From: an uncultured cyanobacterium
GTDB taxonomy: Bacteria > Cyanobacteriota > Cyanobacteriia > Cyanobacteriales > CAWUOF01
Direction of reading: 5' to 3'
Assembly (NCBI GenBank): GCA_963744145.1
Contig: CAVUSO010000001.1
Span: 5,408,001 to 5,472,000, forward strand
Length of the DNA stretch: 64,000 nucleotides
The notes under the pieces are model-generated. The model was not told where the DNA came from and did no database searches. It saw only the letters and a program-made list of their open reading frames with translations. This document shows, in pieces, positions 61,027 through 64,000 of the stretch (the first letter of the stretch is position 1; each line of letters begins with the position of its first letter). The position numbers and the translations under genes were made by a program.

Positions 61027-61890
61027 ATGAAACGCTTAGCGAATTTGGTTAAACCAGCTACATTACTTACCTTAGCTTCGACGATCCTAGGAGTAGGTTT
61101 TAATAGTACCGCCATAGCAAAACCAACTTTATCTCAGACAGAAAATAATTTTTCAATTGCTCAACCAACAGTTCAAGTAGCCCAAGTCACCTGTAGCGTG
61201 ACTAGCAAAGTACCATACTATGCTTCTGTTGACGCAGGTATTAAGCCTGCTGGCTATCTGAATGCGGGTGATCAGATTAGTTTTAATGGCCCTAACAACG
61301 GCCCTAAAACTGTTACTGGATCTGACGGTCTTACTTATATTGGCATTAACCAACCACAAGTAGGATACATTCCCGTCACCTTTAATGGTACGAATACTCT
61401 AAGCAACGACTGTAATTTTAGTGTAAACGGTTCTAATTCTAGTAACGGTTCTAGTTCTAGTTCTAGTTCTACTGTAAACAGTTCTAGTTCTACTGTAAAC
61501 AGTTCTAGTGTAATAATAAGAAAAGTAGGGGTTAATCCTGCCCCCATACCACAAAATAATTTTCCAATTGCCCAACAAACAACATTTCAACCGCCCCGAT
61601 CAAGCTGTCGCATGATTAATACCAACGCTGTCACTGGAAGTTTACCATACTATACTTCTGTTGGAGCCAACCAATCGCCCGCGGGCTTTGTGAAGTCAAC
61701 TGATGTGATTAATCTTGACGGCTATAAAACTGTTACTGGGACTGACGGTCTTACCTATATTGCCATTAACCAACCACAAACAGGGTACATTCCAACCACC
61801 ATTAATGGAGCGAATACCCTAAACTATTGTAATGGTTATAGTGCAAGTACCAGTAGTAGCACTCCTAGACGTGTTCGTGCTTTATGGTAA
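61027..61890 (+). CDS. Secreted hypothetical protein with two internal repeats and a Ser-rich linker
   Basis: PYY.SV...AG...KTVTG.DGLTYI.INQPQ.GYIP occurs twice. Confidence 0.75.
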   Translation: MKRLANLVKPATLLTLASTILGVGFNSTAIAKPTLSQTENNFSIAQPTVQVAQVTCSVTSKVPYYASVDAGIKPAGYLNAGDQISFNGPNNGPKTVTGSDGLTYIGINQPQVGYIPVTFNGTNTLSNDCNFSVNGSNSSNGSSSSSSSTVNSSSSTVNSSSVIIRKVGVNPAPIPQNNFPIAQQTTFQPPRSSCRMINTNAVTGSLPYYTSVGANQSPAGFVKSTDVINLDGYKTVTGTDGLTYIAINQPQTGYIPTTINGANTLNYCNGYSASTSSSTPRRVRALW

Positions 61891-61918
61891 ATAGCTGTTT
61901 TTTAGTCATTTGATCACC

Positions 61919-61945
61919 AAGCCGTCCCGATAGTGGACGGCTTTA
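61919..61945 (+). terminator. Probable intrinsic terminator
   Basis: aagccgtcc-cgatagt-ggacggcttt. Confidence 0.6.
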
Positions 61946-61990
61946 TTAAAAAATATATGATCGGGTAACAATCTCCTCAGATTTGCATAA

Positions 61991-62635
61991 ATGAGCGATA
62001 AATGGCGATCTAGTCTTTTTCTATTGGCTTCCTCTAGTGTGGCAATTATTTTGAATTCGGGTCAAGGACAAGCATCCAGTTCTATTCTTGAAGGCTCAAC
62101 AGATAAAGCGGTAAAAGTTGAAATCGAATTGTTATACATTCAAAATCTACCGGAACCCAAATTGCCACCTTTAGCTGAGATGTCGAAATATATTCCTACA
62201 GAAGAATTATATCGGGGGAAAATATCTCATTTAAGTAAGAATTCTCAGGCTATTCATCTGGTGATCAAATTGAGCGATCGCCATGTTTATGTTTATCAAA
62301 AGGATCAAGTAATTAATGTTTATCCAGTCGCGATCGGAAAAGCGGGCTGGGAAACTCCGACAGGTGATTTTATCATCCTGAATAAAATCATTAATCCTAC
62401 TTGGCAACACCCGTTAACTGGGAAAATTATTCCCCCAGGAGCAGATAATCCTTTAGGAAGTAGATGGATCGGTTTTTGGACAGATGGAACGAATTTTATT
62501 GGTTTTCATGGTACTCCCGAGGAAGAATTAATTGGACAGGCGGTTTCTCACGGTTGTGTGAGGATGCGAAATCAGGATGTACAAGCTTTATTTGAGCAAG
62601 TAGAGTTAGGTACAACCGTGACAGTGGAGCCTTAA
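61991..62635 (+). CDS. L,D-transpeptidase (YkuD family)
   Basis: YPVAIG..GWETPTG, GFHGT, SHGCVRM. Confidence 0.93.
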   Translation: MSDKWRSSLFLLASSSVAIILNSGQGQASSSILEGSTDKAVKVEIELLYIQNLPEPKLPPLAEMSKYIPTEELYRGKISHLSKNSQAIHLVIKLSDRHVYVYQKDQVINVYPVAIGKAGWETPTGDFIILNKIINPTWQHPLTGKIIPPGADNPLGSRWIGFWTDGTNFIGFHGTPEEELIGQAVSHGCVRMRNQDVQALFEQVELGTTVTVEP

Positions 62636-62636
62636 G

Positions 62637-64000
62637 TTAACCAATTTGAATATGACGCACTCGGACTGGAACACAAGCATGGGTCATTTGGGCGATTTGC
62701 ATCGGTTCACCTTTACCACACACCTCAGTACCACATTGTTCCAGTTCTGATGCTGGACCGATCGCATCGATGCTATTCCAAAAATCAGTAGTCATCGCGT
62801 GATAAGTGACATTTTTTAACATTCCCACCACTTGACCTTTTTCCACCTTCCAGAAAGCATCACCACCAAATTGAAAATTTCGTCGTTGTTGGTCGATCGA
62901 ATAACTCCCAATCCCATCAATTAAAATTCCATCTTCAGTATCAGCGATCATTTCGGCTAAAGTTGCGGTATGACTACCACCTAATGGTCCTGGTTCTAAC
63001 CCGAGATTGGGAATTCGCACCATCGGGACACTGTCCCAACTATCAGCATAGCTACAACCATTGCTACTAGGTCTTCCCAATCGATGAGCGGTCTCTCGAT
63101 CAGTTAGATAATCTACTAAAATTCCATCCTTGACGATGAACCAATCTTGTGCTGGGACTCCCTCATCGTCATAACCAATGGTACTACGTCCTCCTGGTTG
63201 GGTGCGATCGCAACGGAAATTAATCCAAGGTGCTGCATATTGCAGTTTACCTAATTGATCAGTAGTTGCAAAGCTAGTACCAGCAAAGTTAGCTTCATAA
63301 CCATATACCCGATCAAGTTCTGTTGGATGTCCGACCGACTCGTGGATCGTCAACCAGAGATTAGTTGGTTTGAGAATTAAAGTTGTCTGAAAATTACCAG
63401 GACATGGAGGAGCGGAAACTTTTGTGATCGCTTCTTGAGCAACTCGCTCTACTTGACTAAAAAGATCTACCTGATTAACTTGTTCGTAACCACGATTAAC
63501 TGCTGGATGTTCATAACTGCGACTTTGAGCATCACCATTAATTACTGCTGTACAATTAAATCCCGAATAGCTCCGATAAATTGTCTGTTGAATTAATGAA
63601 CCAGTGGTGGAAGCAAAAATTTTATCTTCACGGGTAAATTTCAGGAATGAAGCCGCTTTTTTAATCCCCTGATCGCTAAACTGAAGTAACTGATCATTGA
63701 GACTTAGGATTAGTTCTGCTTTGTCCATGATCGGGACAGTAAATGGATCAATCTCGATCGGGGTAATATAGGAATCCTGAACTGATTCTACCGGTACTAG
63801 CTGGACGGGATTTTGTTGAGAAAGATGACTACCTTTAGCAATTTCTATAGCTTGCTGGACAATTCTAGTTACTTCTGCTTCGGTTTGGTTATGACTTGCA
63901 GCAAAACCCCAAGATCCATTCCACAAAACCCTAACTCCAAAACCAGAATTAACTTGATCTACTAAATTTTTGAGTGAGCGATCTTTAGCGATTAAATTTT
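62637..64000 (-). CDS. tldD: TldD family metalloprotease (5' end outside the window)
   Basis: HESVGH motif, YDDEG, CGKGEP; the frame is open to the window edge. Confidence 0.88.
   Translation of the reverse strand, partial: NLIAKDRSLKNLVDQVNSGFGVRVLWNGSWGFAASHNQTEAEVTRIVQQAIEIAKGSHLSQQNPVQLVPVESVQDSYITPIEIDPFTVPIMDKAELILSLNDQLLQFSDQGIKKAASFLKFTREDKIFASTTGSLIQQTIYRSYSGFNCTAVINGDAQSRSYEHPAVNRGYEQVNQVDLFSQVERVAQEAITKVSAPPCPGNFQTTLILKPTNLWLTIHESVGHPTELDRVYGYEANFAGTSFATTDQLGKLQYAAPWINFRCDRTQPGGRSTIGYDDEGVPAQDWFIVKDGILVDYLTDRETAHRLGRPSSNGCSYADSWDSVPMVRIPNLGLEPGPLGGSHTATLAEMIADTEDGILIDGIGSYSIDQQRRNFQFGGDAFWKVEKGQVVGMLKNVTYHAMTTDFWNSIDAIGPASELEQCGTEVCGKGEPMQIAQMTHACVPVRVRHIQIG

Noticed and set aside
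1..64000. Very frequent GCGATCGC
   Set aside because: This is the well-known cyanobacterial HIP1 octamer; useful for taxonomy, not novel.

Overview
Cyanobacterial chromosomal segment (dense HIP1 octamer GCGATCGC; psaE, ndhO, psb34-like and hpnH genes), probably from a filamentous taxon (inference from its REP/MITE load and NLR-like genes). A housekeeping backbone (glmM, nadA, arsM-like, Tab2, three TldD/PmbA-family genes, three hybrid histidine kinases, speY, fpg, mdh, cyclophilin, an ECF sigma/anti-sigma pair) is interrupted by accessory blocks. These are: (i) 8.3-16.3 kb, a toxin-antitoxin-rich mosaic containing a small effector gene translationally coupled to an NB-ARC/TPR NLR, the two sharing a ~22-aa NWQGIxFxxANPxIxxNxFxF motif (candidate amyloid-signalling immune module); (ii) 33.2-37.5 kb, a REP/MITE-bracketed block where a short ORF ends on A_AAA_AAG and a start-less NACHT-transmembrane ORF continues in the -1 frame (candidate programmed frameshift); (iii) 51.7-58.1 kb, an island with MATE, JmjC remnant, LysE, an RaSEA/TIGR01210-like radical SAM, an FGE-sulfatase-fold protein and an orphan. 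Two long structured leaders (before speY and before a DUF2993 gene) are candidate cis-regulatory RNAs. I found no rRNA, tRNA or CRISPR array. All family calls come from reading motifs by eye, not from database searches.
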